Source: Candidatus Saccharimonadota bacterium (lineage in GTDB: Bacteria; Patescibacteriota; Saccharimonadia; Saccharimonadales; Saccharimonadaceae). Taken from it: a stretch of DNA of 64,000 nt. The stretch's first letter is position 1. Each line of letters opens with the position of its first letter. The stretch spans positions 100,779 through 164,778 of the forward strand of contig JAFYKF010000011.1 of assembly GCA_017537745.1 (NCBI GenBank), given 5' to 3'. Below, in pieces: positions 18,836 to 27,724 of this stretch. Position numbers and translations under genes: made by a program. A model generated the notes under the pieces. The model saw only the letters and a list, made by a program, of their open reading frames with translations. It was not told the origin of the DNA and made no database searches.

Positions 18836-19249
18836 ATGAAAATTACAGAGCTATCCCAAGTGTCTATAACCAAAATCGGTCACCTATACAAAAACGGCGT
18901 AAAAATTGAACCGCACGAAGAATCTACCGCTCGTTTTTTATTAAAATACGGGTTCATTATCGATGTAATAAAACCACAGAATACACCGAAGATACATAAT
19001 CCAGATTTTTTAATCAATGGCGTCATATGGGAAACAAAATCTCCAGAAGGAAAAAGCAGAAACACGATTGAACGAAAATTTCACGAAGCAAGTAGCCAAG
19101 CAGCTAATCTTATATTAGATCTACGAAGGATAAAACGCCCACCGATGATCGCCGAAAAAGAAGCAATAAAGGAATTTGAAAAATCTTCACGTATAAAGCA
19201 TATGATGCTTATCACAAAAAATAAAAAACTCCTTGACTATCATAAATAG
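18836..19249 (+). CDS. free-standing CdiA-C-terminal-like (tRNase-type) PD-(D/E)XK nuclease
   Basis: HE..TA..L, NPDFLING.IWETKSP, ASSQAANLILD and ...LLDY. The TPD/NPD...WExKSP pattern matches the CdiA_C-like family. Confidence 0.7.
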   Translation: MKITELSQVSITKIGHLYKNGVKIEPHEESTARFLLKYGFIIDVIKPQNTPKIHNPDFLINGVIWETKSPEGKSRNTIERKFHEASSQAANLILDLRRIKRPPMIAEKEAIKEFEKSSRIKHMMLITKNKKLLDYHK

Positions 19250-19261
19250 ATATAGTAAAAT
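19233..19261 (+). promoter_or_regulatory. sigma70 promoter embedded in the nuclease 3' end
   Basis: TTGACT (19233-19238), 17 nt, TAAAAT (19256-19261). Confidence 0.65.
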
Positions 19262-19267
19262 AGAACC

Positions 19268-19320
19268 AATGAGGGCGACCTACTGGTGGAATACAGATGG
19301 GCCAAGCCCTTATTTTTTAT
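19268..19320 (+). ncRNA. candidate ~50-nt small RNA (long irregular hairpin plus U-tract)
   Basis: AAUGAGGGC/GCCCUUAUU outer stem, CCUA-CUG/CAG-A-UGGG inner stem, GUGGAAUA loop, then UUUUUU; it starts about 7 nt after the promoter. Confidence 0.5.
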
Positions 19321-20030
19321 TTTCTCATTTTTCTTAAAATATCCTTTACCCCCGCCTCCACTCTATACGAATCACAAATTTTCGAAATCGTTTTATTAAA
19401 TGTCCAAACTGGCAGCCGCGAAGCCCGCAAATACCCAAGAGTCTCATCCGGATATTTAATAAAACACTCAGACAAAAGCCACGCAATCGCCATTCGCACA
19501 TAATATTCCTCACACTCACCCAAATTCTCCACCCTATCAAAAATCAACGCGAGATAATCTGGTTTCACATATGCACATTTTAGCATCACCAACCCTACTC
19601 GCACCGTATACTCTTCCCGAGCCCACAGCAATCCTTCCACTTTCAAATCCAAAAACTCATCCAAATGCTTCTGTATCACACGCCTTACCCCAGAACAAAA
19701 AACGTCACAATTCGCCCAATCGTCAATATAATCAATCTGAGAATCAAACCACTTGAGCATCTCGTCATATGGCAACTTGCAAATAATCATTCCCCGCGCC
19801 AAGACTTCTTCAAACGCCACCGGTGGAGTATTCAAAAACACATCATAATACTTACTTGGTATCAGATTCACCACAGACCTTACCGTAGGAATTTTCACCC
19901 CCACAAATGGCCTCTCACTTGGTATCCCCTTTTTCGCAAACACGAGATAATCGTCATCCGCATAAAAAGCTAACCGTTCCCTCAGCTCACCATAACTAGT
20001 AATCTCACCACCCCCTACATGCTTCACCAA
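19317..20030 (-). CDS. DNA alkylation repair protein (AlkD-like HEAT repeat)
   Basis: GVKIP.VR, IDDWANCD, EEYYVRMAIAWLLSECFIKYP and FNKTISKICDS. Confidence 0.85.
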   Translation of the reverse strand: MVKHVGGGEITSYGELRERLAFYADDDYLVFAKKGIPSERPFVGVKIPTVRSVVNLIPSKYYDVFLNTPPVAFEEVLARGMIICKLPYDEMLKWFDSQIDYIDDWANCDVFCSGVRRVIQKHLDEFLDLKVEGLLWAREEYTVRVGLVMLKCAYVKPDYLALIFDRVENLGECEEYYVRMAIAWLLSECFIKYPDETLGYLRASRLPVWTFNKTISKICDSYRVEAGVKDILRKMRK

Positions 20031-20032
20031 TC

Positions 20033-20485
20033 CTAATCCTTTTTCTTCTTTTTAAACAAGCTACCAATATGCGCCGCGTAGCTCGCTTTTTGTCCCAAAT
20101 CGACCGCATCGCCCAGAACCGGCACACCACGCACCGAATCCATCGCCTTCTGATTTACTGCCGCTCGTGTTGGCACCACACTGCCGAGCGCATTCCTCGC
20201 CACCCCCTCAATCGCTCCCGTAGCCATACTTTTTGCCACAGAGCCAGCCGCTTGCTTGCCCGCCGACTCAGTCGCTATTTCTGTAAACAAATCCAAATAT
20301 TGCTGGTTCAAAGGACTCGCCGCCAATTTCGATTCAAACTCACCTACATCCTTACATGAAGCTCCCAACTTTTCCATCTCAGAAAACAGCTTCTCAACCT
20401 TTTTTAAAGCATCGCCCTTTACATCATAAGCCGCAAAAATCGCATTTTTTCGTGCTTCGATGCCTTGTTTTACATATTCGTCCAT
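20033..20485 (-). CDS. hypothetical protein
   Basis: 150-aa ORF with GGAG RBS inside an operon. Confidence 0.7.
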   Translation of the reverse strand: MDEYVKQGIEARKNAIFAAYDVKGDALKKVEKLFSEMEKLGASCKDVGEFESKLAASPLNQQYLDLFTEIATESAGKQAAGSVAKSMATGAIEGVARNALGSVVPTRAAVNQKAMDSVRGVPVLGDAVDLGQKASYAAHIGSLFKKKKKD

Positions 20486-20493
20486 ATCAGCTC

Positions 20494-21000
20494 CTACAAT
20501 TTTATCCGCGTGTACACGTATTCGTCATCCTCGCGCACAATATAAGCCCCATTTTTAAGCATCACCTTCAACGAAGCCGGGTTACTTTTTAACGCCGCAA
20601 GATAAGCCTCATCCGTATCAATCGGCAATTTACGTGCCTCTTCGAGCACAAGCCTCAGCCCCTCCGTAGCGTATCCCTTATTACGGCATCCTTTTTTAAT
20701 AGAATAACCAATGTGCCCCGGCCCATTCCGCAAAAAATCATTCAAACAATGCCGCAAACTAAAATATCCAACTATTTCATCATCCGCCCACAAGAAATAA
20801 TGCGTATCTGGCACATAACCAGGCTTCATATTGAGCCCTTTCTCGTAATCCTTCCATCCCGGAAGCACCTCGTTCACGAATTCCTCATACGAGACTCCGT
20901 GCCATTCATTTTTCAGCCCATTTTCATCCTCGGGCATCTCGCGAATCAGCTCCCACTCCGCTTTCGCGTCTTTTAAGGTTGGTTTTTTCAAAGTTATCAT
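20494..21000 (-). CDS. GNAT family N-acetyltransferase
   Basis: GHIGYSI...RNKGYAT and N.ASLKV..KNG. Confidence 0.88.
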   Translation of the reverse strand: MITLKKPTLKDAKAEWELIREMPEDENGLKNEWHGVSYEEFVNEVLPGWKDYEKGLNMKPGYVPDTHYFLWADDEIVGYFSLRHCLNDFLRNGPGHIGYSIKKGCRNKGYATEGLRLVLEEARKLPIDTDEAYLAALKSNPASLKVMLKNGAYIVREDDEYVYTRIKL

Positions 21001-21044
21001 ATCTATATGATATCATAAAAGTATAGATTGGAAAAAGGAGCAAC

Positions 21045-21536
21045 ATGAACAAAGCAATAATAATCTACTACTCAGCCCAAGGCCACACCAAAACCATCGC
21101 TGAAAAAATCGCGGCGAATCTCGGCGCTGACACTTTCGAAATCGAACCAAAAGAAAAATACACCGAAGAAGATTTGGATTGGACCAACGACAACTCTCGC
21201 TCTACGCGTGAGCACGCAGATCCCACCTTGCGCAACATCGAACTCGCCGCCACCAAAATCCCAAATCTAGCAGACTATGATACAGTTATAATTGGCTATC
21301 CAATTTGGTGGGGCATCGCCGCCTGGCCAACCAATGCTTTCATCAAGAAAATTGACTTAAATGGCAAAACAATCATCCCCTTCTGCGTTTCCCATTCTTC
21401 CGGCGTAGGTGAAAGCGACAAACTCCTCCAAGCCGACGCGAACGGTGGCAACTGGACCGAATGCCATCGCTTCTATCAAGACGCTAGAGACGAAGACATC
21501 AAAGCCTGGTCCGACCAACTTAAGTCTAAATCTTAA
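21045..21536 (+). CDS. flavodoxin (Flavodoxin_4-like)
   Basis: YYSAQGHT..IAEKIA, IGYPIWWG and PFC.SHSSG. Confidence 0.88.
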   Translation: MNKAIIIYYSAQGHTKTIAEKIAANLGADTFEIEPKEKYTEEDLDWTNDNSRSTREHADPTLRNIELAATKIPNLADYDTVIIGYPIWWGIAAWPTNAFIKKIDLNGKTIIPFCVSHSSGVGESDKLLQADANGGNWTECHRFYQDARDEDIKAWSDQLKSKS

Positions 21537-21987
21537 TCTCAGGCTCTCTCTTCTCATATTTTAGCCAATGTTGCAACTTGCTCGGAATCCTCGTCCGTAT
21601 ATCATTTTGCGAAAACACTGTTTGATTAATTTCCCTCGCAAGCCTTAGAGCCATCGTCGCATTTTTGCGTGGCTTCCGCCCGTAATCTAAAATATTGAAC
21701 CCACAAAAACTATTGCTCCGCTTCCCATCCGAAAAAACAAATGAATACATTTCACCATCCAACACATCGTTTGGTTCTAAAGACTCCGAAACTTCAAATA
21801 CACCAGGTGTTTCCCGAATGATTCTTTTAATAAACTCTATATCGTCCTGCGAAATTGTGTAGATATATTCTTTCTCCCGAAACCGTGTTACCACATTATT
21901 CCTCAAATCATCCGTCACCGTCACACAAAAAGTTACATCATCAATCACTCCCCACGCCGGACTAACCTTGTACTCAAAAATCACCAT
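21526..21987 (-). CDS. hypothetical protein
   Basis: Likely start MVIFEYK at 21987; no recognised family. Confidence 0.6.
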   Translation of the reverse strand: MVIFEYKVSPAWGVIDDVTFCVTVTDDLRNNVVTRFREKEYIYTISQDDIEFIKRIIRETPGVFEVSESLEPNDVLDGEMYSFVFSDGKRSNSFCGFNILDYGRKPRKNATMALRLAREINQTVFSQNDIRTRIPSKLQHWLKYEKREPEIKI

Positions 21988-22051
21988 ATAAAATGTATTA
22001 TATATCTTTTTTCCTACCATAGAGTATAATAGTATCAAAGGAAACAACAAC

Positions 22052-24226
22052 ATGAGAGTTACTCAACCAAATCCAATTGTAGATTTTATCACTTCAGGCG
22101 GTAACGGAAAACTCACCTTCGTTATCCCAGTTTATCAACGTAATTATTCTTGGGACAAAGACGATTGCGATCAACTATTCGAAGATGTCAAAAACAGTAT
22201 TCCAAAAGATGGAGAGCCAGAGAAATTCCATTACTTTGGCAATATCGTCTATGACGAGTCTGAGCGAGACCCCTTCACGGGCTACATTCAATATATCTTA
22301 ATCGACGGTCAACAAAGAATCACTTCCACGATGCTTTTTCTAGCAGCAATACGCGACGAAGAAGAAGACGACGCATTAAAAGACAGTATAGACGTAACAT
22401 ATCTCAAAAATCAAGATGCTCCAGAAGATTCCAAAGTCAAACTCAAACAAATCGAAATGGACCGCGAGACTTATGTCAAAATCATCAATCGTGATTTTGA
22501 AAATGTCAACAAAAGTTCAGCTGTATACAAAAACTATGACAGATTCCGTGCTCTCATTAAAAACGCCAAAGAAAAAGATGGTATCTCATCAAAAGATCTA
22601 ATGCTAGGTCTAAGAGCACTAAACGTCATCGTCATCGATTTGCAATCCAAACTTCCAGGCGCCGAATCAGCACAGGTCATTTTCGAAAGTATCAATGCTA
22701 CCGGTAAACCTCTAAGCGACGCCGACCTCCTCAGGAACTATTTACTATTTGAAATCGGCGTAGCAAAGCAAGAAACCTACTACAACGACTATTGGCTAAA
22801 AATTGAGCAAAACATCGGTAACTCCAATATCTCAGACTTTCTAAGACGATACCTTACACTTCGTTTGCACAGAGATGTTAAAAGCGGAACCGAATACAGA
22901 ACCTTTAAGAGAAATTACGAAAATTTCTTCACCGACGCCGAAAGTGCAATGCACGAACTCACCAAATATTCAGAATTCTACCAGTGGATTAAACAACCTG
23001 AAACCCTAGTAAAAACCGCACCCAAAACCGCAACACTTTTACGCGAAGCCGATTTACTACGCTTAGTCCCAGCTACACCGACCTTAATGTGGTTGCTAGA
23101 AAAAGTCCAAACCAACGAAATCGAATTTACCGAATTTAATAAAGTCTTAAAAGTTATCATGGACTGGTCATTTAGAGCTAGGGTAACCAACATCATTAAC
23201 ACTGGTGAAGTAGGCGAAATCTTAACTACGAAAATTTTGGACCTATTAGAAGATAAGCCCAATAATGACACAAGCTACAGCGATTACTTGAAATTTGAAT
23301 TATCGAATTACAGGGCACACGACATTTACGCTACAGACGAACAATTTATCGATGCATTCGTCAAATACAATTTCTACAAAAACTACGGACGTTATGTTCA
23401 AGAAAAATTGGCACAAGAATCCAGCAACGATAAACATATCATGTTTGAAAGTATTGAGCACATCTTGCCACAAACATTAGATCCATCAAAATGGCCAAAT
23501 GTTACTGTGGCCGACCATGCAATATGGGTCAACACAATTGGTAACCTAGTGCCAATGAACCAAAGCGATAACTCAGACAACTCTAACAATAGCATCGAAG
23601 AAAAAGCCAAAAACCTCACGATATCAGATTGGCTTCTAACTAGAGAAGCGTTGAATTATAAAACTGGTGATGATTGGACAATTGAATCTATCAAAAAACG
23701 TGGCGAAGCAATGGCCAAGAAAGCAATCAAAATTTGGGGCGGCCCACTCGAACGCACGCGTGATATTGAGGCGGTTAACAAAAACAAGCAAAATGAAAAC
23801 ATGGTTAAACTTCTAAACACTGTTAAGAACTTTTCACTTCCAAACATTATCCCATATCAGAATCAGGAACGGAATTCATACTATTTCAATTTTCACACTG
23901 AAGCCCTAAATGATTTGTATGGAATGAACACGGATAATGTCTATTGCTATTCAATAGTACTCGAAGACGGCATTCGCTGGGACCATGTAAACCTAACTTT
24001 GTGTAGCCACAAAAAAGATTCAATGACTAACGAAGCTTTACACACACAGAATACTATTATTGAAATGTCTAATAATAAACCGAAAGAGAATTGGCAATAC
24101 TTTAAGGCAATGCGCTGGGACAATACCGCAGAAGACGAGAGTGATGACGAAGAAAAACTACGCGAAGTATTATCTGAAATAATACCAGAATACGAACGAA
24201 AACTCAAAGAAGTCTTAGACGCCTAG
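22052..24226 (+). CDS. DUF262-DUF1524 (GmrSD-like) modification-dependent restriction protein with a C-terminal extension
   Basis: IPVYQRNYSW, IDGQQRITS, FESINATGKPL, SIEHILPQ and IGNL.PM...N. Confidence 0.9.
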   Translation: MRVTQPNPIVDFITSGGNGKLTFVIPVYQRNYSWDKDDCDQLFEDVKNSIPKDGEPEKFHYFGNIVYDESERDPFTGYIQYILIDGQQRITSTMLFLAAIRDEEEDDALKDSIDVTYLKNQDAPEDSKVKLKQIEMDRETYVKIINRDFENVNKSSAVYKNYDRFRALIKNAKEKDGISSKDLMLGLRALNVIVIDLQSKLPGAESAQVIFESINATGKPLSDADLLRNYLLFEIGVAKQETYYNDYWLKIEQNIGNSNISDFLRRYLTLRLHRDVKSGTEYRTFKRNYENFFTDAESAMHELTKYSEFYQWIKQPETLVKTAPKTATLLREADLLRLVPATPTLMWLLEKVQTNEIEFTEFNKVLKVIMDWSFRARVTNIINTGEVGEILTTKILDLLEDKPNNDTSYSDYLKFELSNYRAHDIYATDEQFIDAFVKYNFYKNYGRYVQEKLAQESSNDKHIMFESIEHILPQTLDPSKWPNVTVADHAIWVNTIGNLVPMNQSDNSDNSNNSIEEKAKNLTISDWLLTREALNYKTGDDWTIESIKKRGEAMAKKAIKIWGGPLERTRDIEAVNKNKQNENMVKLLNTVKNFSLPNIIPYQNQERNSYYFNFHTEALNDLYGMNTDNVYCYSIVLEDGIRWDHVNLTLCSHKKDSMTNEALHTQNTIIEMSNNKPKENWQYFKAMRWDNTAEDESDDEEKLREVLSEIIPEYERKLKEVLDA

Positions 24227-24231
24227 CATCC

Positions 24232-24750
24232 TCATCGAATTCTTCTATACCCAAATCTATCAAGCTCCCCCTCAATATCCGCATACTTTTTTCCGGCTAG
24301 CATCCCACCAGCGATAAACTCTTCCGGCGTTACATCAGCGAGCATACTTTTTGGCATTACAAACTCATCCTTCTCTTTGCCATCTGAGAATTCGAACTCC
24401 ACTAGCACCAATCCGGCCAAATCCCCGCCAAACACATCCACTTCCGCGTCATATCCATCAATCTTCGCATAATATCTTCTCTTTTCCACCCGCTTTTTGC
24501 TGCACGAAGAAAGCGCCTCGTATTCTTGTTTGGTTAGTTCAATCGTTTGTTCCATCTGCTCCGAAACATCCTCAGATAATACAGTCTTCTTCGTGATATA
24601 ATAATCATTTCCTTTCTGCCTCAACCGCAAATCCGCACGACCATCACCATCCGGAATATAAATATCTACGATATCCACAAAATCCGCACCGGTAATTTCT
24701 TCGGGGAGCCTCTTCGCAAGATACGTTCGCTCCAATTCCAAACTATCCAT
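24232..24750 (-). CDS. CYTH-like domain protein
   Basis: ELERTYL, LRLRQKG, VEKRRY and LVEFEF. Confidence 0.75.
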   Translation of the reverse strand: MDSLELERTYLAKRLPEEITGADFVDIVDIYIPDGDGRADLRLRQKGNDYYITKKTVLSEDVSEQMEQTIELTKQEYEALSSCSKKRVEKRRYYAKIDGYDAEVDVFGGDLAGLVLVEFEFSDGKEKDEFVMPKSMLADVTPEEFIAGGMLAGKKYADIEGELDRFGYRRIR

Positions 24751-25312
24751 TTTGCTTCATCACCATCACTTTATCACCAAGCCCCGCTTCACCCGCCAAT
24801 TTCAGAAACTCATCTACCGTCGCAATTTCTGGATACCCACTCACATCCGTCCGATAGTGCATCGGGATAATCCACTTTGGCTGAGCCGCCTCACAAATCT
24901 TCACTACCATCGCGGCATCAATCGTATAATGTCCGCCCACCGGGATTAACAAATAATCCGCACTCGAAATTGCCGCTAGTTGCGAATCGTCAGGAAAATG
25001 TCCCAAATCACCAAGATGTACCAACTTCTCGCCATCATGAGACTTAATCACAAAAATCGTATTTGGCCCCCGCAATGCGCCCTGAGCATCATCATGAAAA
25101 CTCGGCACTTCAGTAATAATAAGTCCGCAATCACCCGGAACAATTTCCACGCACTCTCGCCCACTATGATCTGCGTGTTCATGTGTACAAATCGCTTTTG
25201 CCGCCGACGTCCTCAAGGGCGCCAAACCTGGCACGCTATCATCTTTATATGGATCGATCACCAAACAGTCGTCCAATTTAAAACAACTATGCCCCAAATA
25301 TTCGATTTTCAT
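24743..25312 (-). CDS. MBL-fold metallo-hydrolase
   Basis: LGHSCF, IDPY, THEHADH, HLGDLGH and IPMHY. Confidence 0.9.
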   Translation of the reverse strand: MKIEYLGHSCFKLDDCLVIDPYKDDSVPGLAPLRTSAAKAICTHEHADHSGRECVEIVPGDCGLIITEVPSFHDDAQGALRGPNTIFVIKSHDGEKLVHLGDLGHFPDDSQLAAISSADYLLIPVGGHYTIDAAMVVKICEAAQPKWIIPMHYRTDVSGYPEIATVDEFLKLAGEAGLGDKVMVMKQNG

Positions 25313-25830
25313 ATTTCTCCTTTCGCTTTCTTAATTAATTCTCTCACATATTCACTTTTCAAAGCCTTATACTTTTTCCTATCATACCCCGCTTCGCGCG
25401 CAAACACCGATTTCATCCGCTCATATTCCAAAGCTTCTTCTTGGTTCTCCCGCAAGAAATCACGCAATAAAATCATATTCGTATATTCATCAGATCCTTG
25501 CACGCAAATATGCACATGGCAGTCCCCTTCCCCAGTTTCCCTATCAACGCCATCGTCATCTTTTCGCCACGCCATAAAAATCCGTTCCGGATGCGTATCA
25601 TGCCCTTCACGATAGCCAAGGCCAGTTAGCAAATCCCGCACCCTAGCCATTTCATCAACATCAGCCACCCCCACCAAAATATCTACAATATTCTTCCCGC
25701 CAATCGGCACCGCCGAGCTCCCCACATGCTCAATTACCACCTCGTCACCAAGCGCACTACGAATTCTCTTCGCTTCCTCCTCGAATCTCTCCCGAAGTGT
25801 TTCGTTATAAGGTTTTATTTCTACGCTCAT
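25309..25830 (-). CDS. GrpB family nucleotidyltransferase-like protein
   Basis: IEHVGSSAV..GGKNIVDI, FLR and Y...K. Confidence 0.85.
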   Translation of the reverse strand: MSVEIKPYNETLRERFEEEAKRIRSALGDEVVIEHVGSSAVPIGGKNIVDILVGVADVDEMARVRDLLTGLGYREGHDTHPERIFMAWRKDDDGVDRETGEGDCHVHICVQGSDEYTNMILLRDFLRENQEEALEYERMKSVFAREAGYDRKKYKALKSEYVRELIKKAKGEI

Positions 25831-25858
25831 CTAATACTATTATATCACCACCAAAATC

Positions 25859-26065
25859 TTAGACATTCTCCGACTTCCCACCCGTTAAATGCCAATGATC
25901 ACCATACTCGCATTTGTAAACAGACAGCCCAGAAATACCGTGGTCATATTCCGCCACCTTTGCTGCCATCTCCGCCTCTTCGCGCGTATCAAAACAAATC
26001 TTCTGGCTTTCTCCCACCCAACACTTCTTCGGCTCGTAAACACCGCTAGCAATTTTATTTGGCAT
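25859..26065 (-). CDS. hypothetical small protein
   Basis: 68 aa with KICFDT.EEA and YKCEYGDHWHLT; coupled to rny. Confidence 0.6.
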   Translation of the reverse strand: MPNKIASGVYEPKKCWVGESQKICFDTREEAEMAAKVAEYDHGISGLSVYKCEYGDHWHLTGGKSENV

Positions 26066-27572
26066 ATTCCACGGCTCGCGTCTCGCGAATCACATTCACC
26101 TTAATTACACCCGGATAGCTCATTGTTGCTTCAATCTTATTTGCGATATCGCGTGCCAGCTTCAACGCCGACAAATCATCAATGGTCTTTGGCTCCACAA
26201 TCACTCTGATTTCACGTCCAGCTGAAATTGCATAGGCCTTGTCGATACCAGGAAATGAAGTTGCAATGTTTTCCAAATCGCGCATTCTTTCTGCAAAGTT
26301 CTCTGCCGAGATATTTCTAGCACCCGGTCGTGCCGCGCTCATCGCATCACAAATCTTCACGATGATTGCTTCTGGCGTAGTTGGCTCGATATCATCATGA
26401 TGTGCCGCCATCGCATGTACTACTTCATCCGGCATACCATATTTCTTCGCCAACTCTGCGCCAATTTCAGCGTGCTTACCTTCAATTTTATGTGTTACAG
26501 CCTTGCCTACATCGTGGAGTAATGCCGCTGTTTTTGCAACTCTTTTATCAGCACCAATTTCCTCCGCAATCATACCGGCAACGTGCGCCATCTCAATCGA
26601 GTGCAAAAGCACATTCTGCCCATAAGAAGTACGGAATTTAAGTTCGCCCAATAAGTGTACCAATTCGCGCGGAATTCCCACCAAACCCACCTCGCGTACT
26701 GCGTCTTCACCAGCTCGCACCACTTCTTTCTCGATTTCCTTCTCGCCCTTTGCTACAGCTTCTTCAATCGATGCAGGATTAATTCTTCCATCCTTCATCA
26801 AACGTTCCAAAGCATATCTTGCCACTTGTCGGCGAATTGGATCAAATGAGCTAAGTACCACCATTCCTGGCGTATCGTCCACCATAATATCCACGCCAGT
26901 TGCTCGTTGTAAAGCTTGAATGTTGCGGCCTTCCTTACCGATAATTCGGCCCTTCATATCATCATCCGGCAATTTCAATGCGGTCACAGTTCTATCGGCC
27001 GTCACTTCAGATGACATTCTTTCCATAGCCGTAAGTAACAATGCTTGTGCCGCTTCATCCACATCGTGTTTGATTTCTTTTTGCTCTTTCGTAACCAATC
27101 CAACCAAATCTTGTTTGATGTCATTTTCGGTCATTTTCATGAGTTTTTCGCGCGCTTCCGTCTTTGAGAGACCAGCAATTTTTTCCAACTTCTCATGCTG
27201 TTTCTCACGAATCTCACGAATTTCACCCTTCAAAGACTCGATTTCTTTTTCTTCACGATTCAGCTTCTCGGTCTTTTTCTCAAGCTGATCCAACTTAGAA
27301 TCGAGTATTGTTTCGCGTTCTGCTAGACGATTCTCAGTCTTCTTCCACTCCTTGCGACGTTCATTTTCCTCGGCTTGGTTTCTATCCGCCACATCGGCCG
27401 CTTCCTTCCTCGCCGCCGATACAATATCTTGCGCCTCACGCTTAGCTTTTCTCACTAAATCATCGGCTTTATTTTTCCCACCGTTCTCTTTGCTCTTGTT
27501 GTAAGCAAAAATTCCGCCCGCGCCAACACCAACGCCAACGATGGCGGCAATAATTGGGATTATTATTTCCAT
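26055..27572 (-). CDS. rny: ribonuclease Y
   Basis: N-terminal TM, coiled coil, KH domain (KGRIIGKEGRNI), HD domain (LLHDVGK) and C-terminal YAISAGREIRV. Confidence 0.97.
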   Translation of the reverse strand: MEIIIPIIAAIVGVGVGAGGIFAYNKSKENGGKNKADDLVRKAKREAQDIVSAARKEAADVADRNQAEENERRKEWKKTENRLAERETILDSKLDQLEKKTEKLNREEKEIESLKGEIREIREKQHEKLEKIAGLSKTEAREKLMKMTENDIKQDLVGLVTKEQKEIKHDVDEAAQALLLTAMERMSSEVTADRTVTALKLPDDDMKGRIIGKEGRNIQALQRATGVDIMVDDTPGMVVLSSFDPIRRQVARYALERLMKDGRINPASIEEAVAKGEKEIEKEVVRAGEDAVREVGLVGIPRELVHLLGELKFRTSYGQNVLLHSIEMAHVAGMIAEEIGADKRVAKTAALLHDVGKAVTHKIEGKHAEIGAELAKKYGMPDEVVHAMAAHHDDIEPTTPEAIIVKICDAMSAARPGARNISAENFAERMRDLENIATSFPGIDKAYAISAGREIRVIVEPKTIDDLSALKLARDIANKIEATMSYPGVIKVNVIRETRAVEYAK

Positions 27573-27724
27573 ATTTCCCTTTCTACTTGTTTTTGTCGAT
27601 ATTTTTCTTATACCAACGGATTAACAAATAACTATCAAATTAATAAATTTTAAACTTTACCTATCAATTATACCACAAAAACGCCGAAAAATCCCCGCCA
27701 TTTTATGGTATAATCATAAGCAAG

